DNA of 64,000 nucleotides from Chlamydiia bacterium (GTDB lineage Bacteria; Chlamydiota; Chlamydiia; Chlamydiales; 2-12-FULL-49-11): NCBI GenBank assembly GCA_022601435.1, contig JAJACQ010000020.1, positions 85,535 to 149,534 of the forward strand, read 5' to 3'. Shown piece by piece: positions 63,832 to 64,000 of this stretch (position 1 is its first letter; each line of letters starts with the position of its first letter). The notes under the pieces were generated by a model. It saw only the letters and a program-made list of their open reading frames with translations, ran no database searches and was not told where the DNA came from. The position numbers and the translations under genes were made by a program.

Positions 63832-64000
63832 ATCGATAAAACTTTTAAGCGACAATTGCTCAGGTCGGGAATTCGGATCTAGCCCTAAACTTGCTAAAGC
63901 CTTTTTTATGTCCTGTTCCTTTAATGTTGATGAGATCATCTTTCGTTTTTGAGAAAATGCCTTTCTGACCATCTTAAAAAAATCTGAAGGATCATTATAA
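63805..64000 (-). CDS. rsmA: 16S rRNA dimethyladenosine transferase RsmA/KsgA, C-terminal 64 codons only (5' end outside window)
   Basis: Minus-strand frame is open from the window edge to TGA at 63807-63805: ...NDPSDFFKMVRKAFSQKRKMISSTLKEQDIKKALASLGLDPNSRPEQLSLKSFIDLYDLLASS. AF.Q+RK and G+DP..R.E.LS...F..L are KsgA C-terminal hallmarks. Overlaps dacF convergently by 27 nt. Confidence 0.7.
   Translation of the reverse strand, partial: YNDPSDFFKMVRKAFSQKRKMISSTLKEQDIKKALASLGLDPNSRPEQLSLKSFIDLYDLLASS

Noticed and set aside
1-64000. Search for rRNA, tmRNA, RNase P RNA, SRP RNA, additional tRNAs, IS elements, integrases and prophage or plasmid genes.
   Set aside because: Visual scanning for hallmark strings (GGTTCGAATCC-type T arms, the RNase P GAAAGTCCGG motif, transposase DDE or HUH motifs in the ORF set) found only the tRNA-Ser at 27268-27356. 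AAAGTCCCTC strings belong to the family B repeats. A covariance-model scan (tRNAscan-SE, Infernal) would be needed to exclude small RNAs rigorously.

Overview
AT-rich bacterial chromosome segment. Gene content and local gene order match the phylum Chlamydiota, probably an environmental, amoeba-associated lineage rather than Chlamydiaceae; this placement is inference from synteny and marker genes. Three housekeeping blocks are recognisable: tolQ-tolR-tolA-like-tolB-pal with tatD and sdhCAB; gltX-tsp-euo-recJ-secDF-uppS-cdsA-cmk/plsC; and trxA-trmL-mip-aspS-hisS-uhpC-dnaE-rsbW-dacF. Between them lie lineage-specific genes: a secreted vWA protein next to a giant TPR protein, two Inc-like membrane proteins, an operon with two exported sulfotransferase-like paralogues, and a receiver/degenerate-GGDEF protein. 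I support one tRNA-Ser(GCU) with a near-consensus promoter, plus an unlisted 29-aa bS22-like ORF. I saw no rRNA, CRISPR array, transposase, integrase or phage genes. Main second-look items: (1) two families of GC-rich palindromic repeats in intergenic DNA, including a 237/238-bp tandem array of chained 3-nt-loop hairpins and an 86/87-bp tandem array whose stems covary; (2) single-base frame breaks in sdhA and mnmG, each in a C-run on the + strand; (3) the sulfotransferase-like operon; (4) a Cmk-PlsC fusion beside cdsA; (5) the bS22-like micro-ORF. Functions come from motifs read by eye and remembered family signatures. No searches were run, and start codons are approximate.
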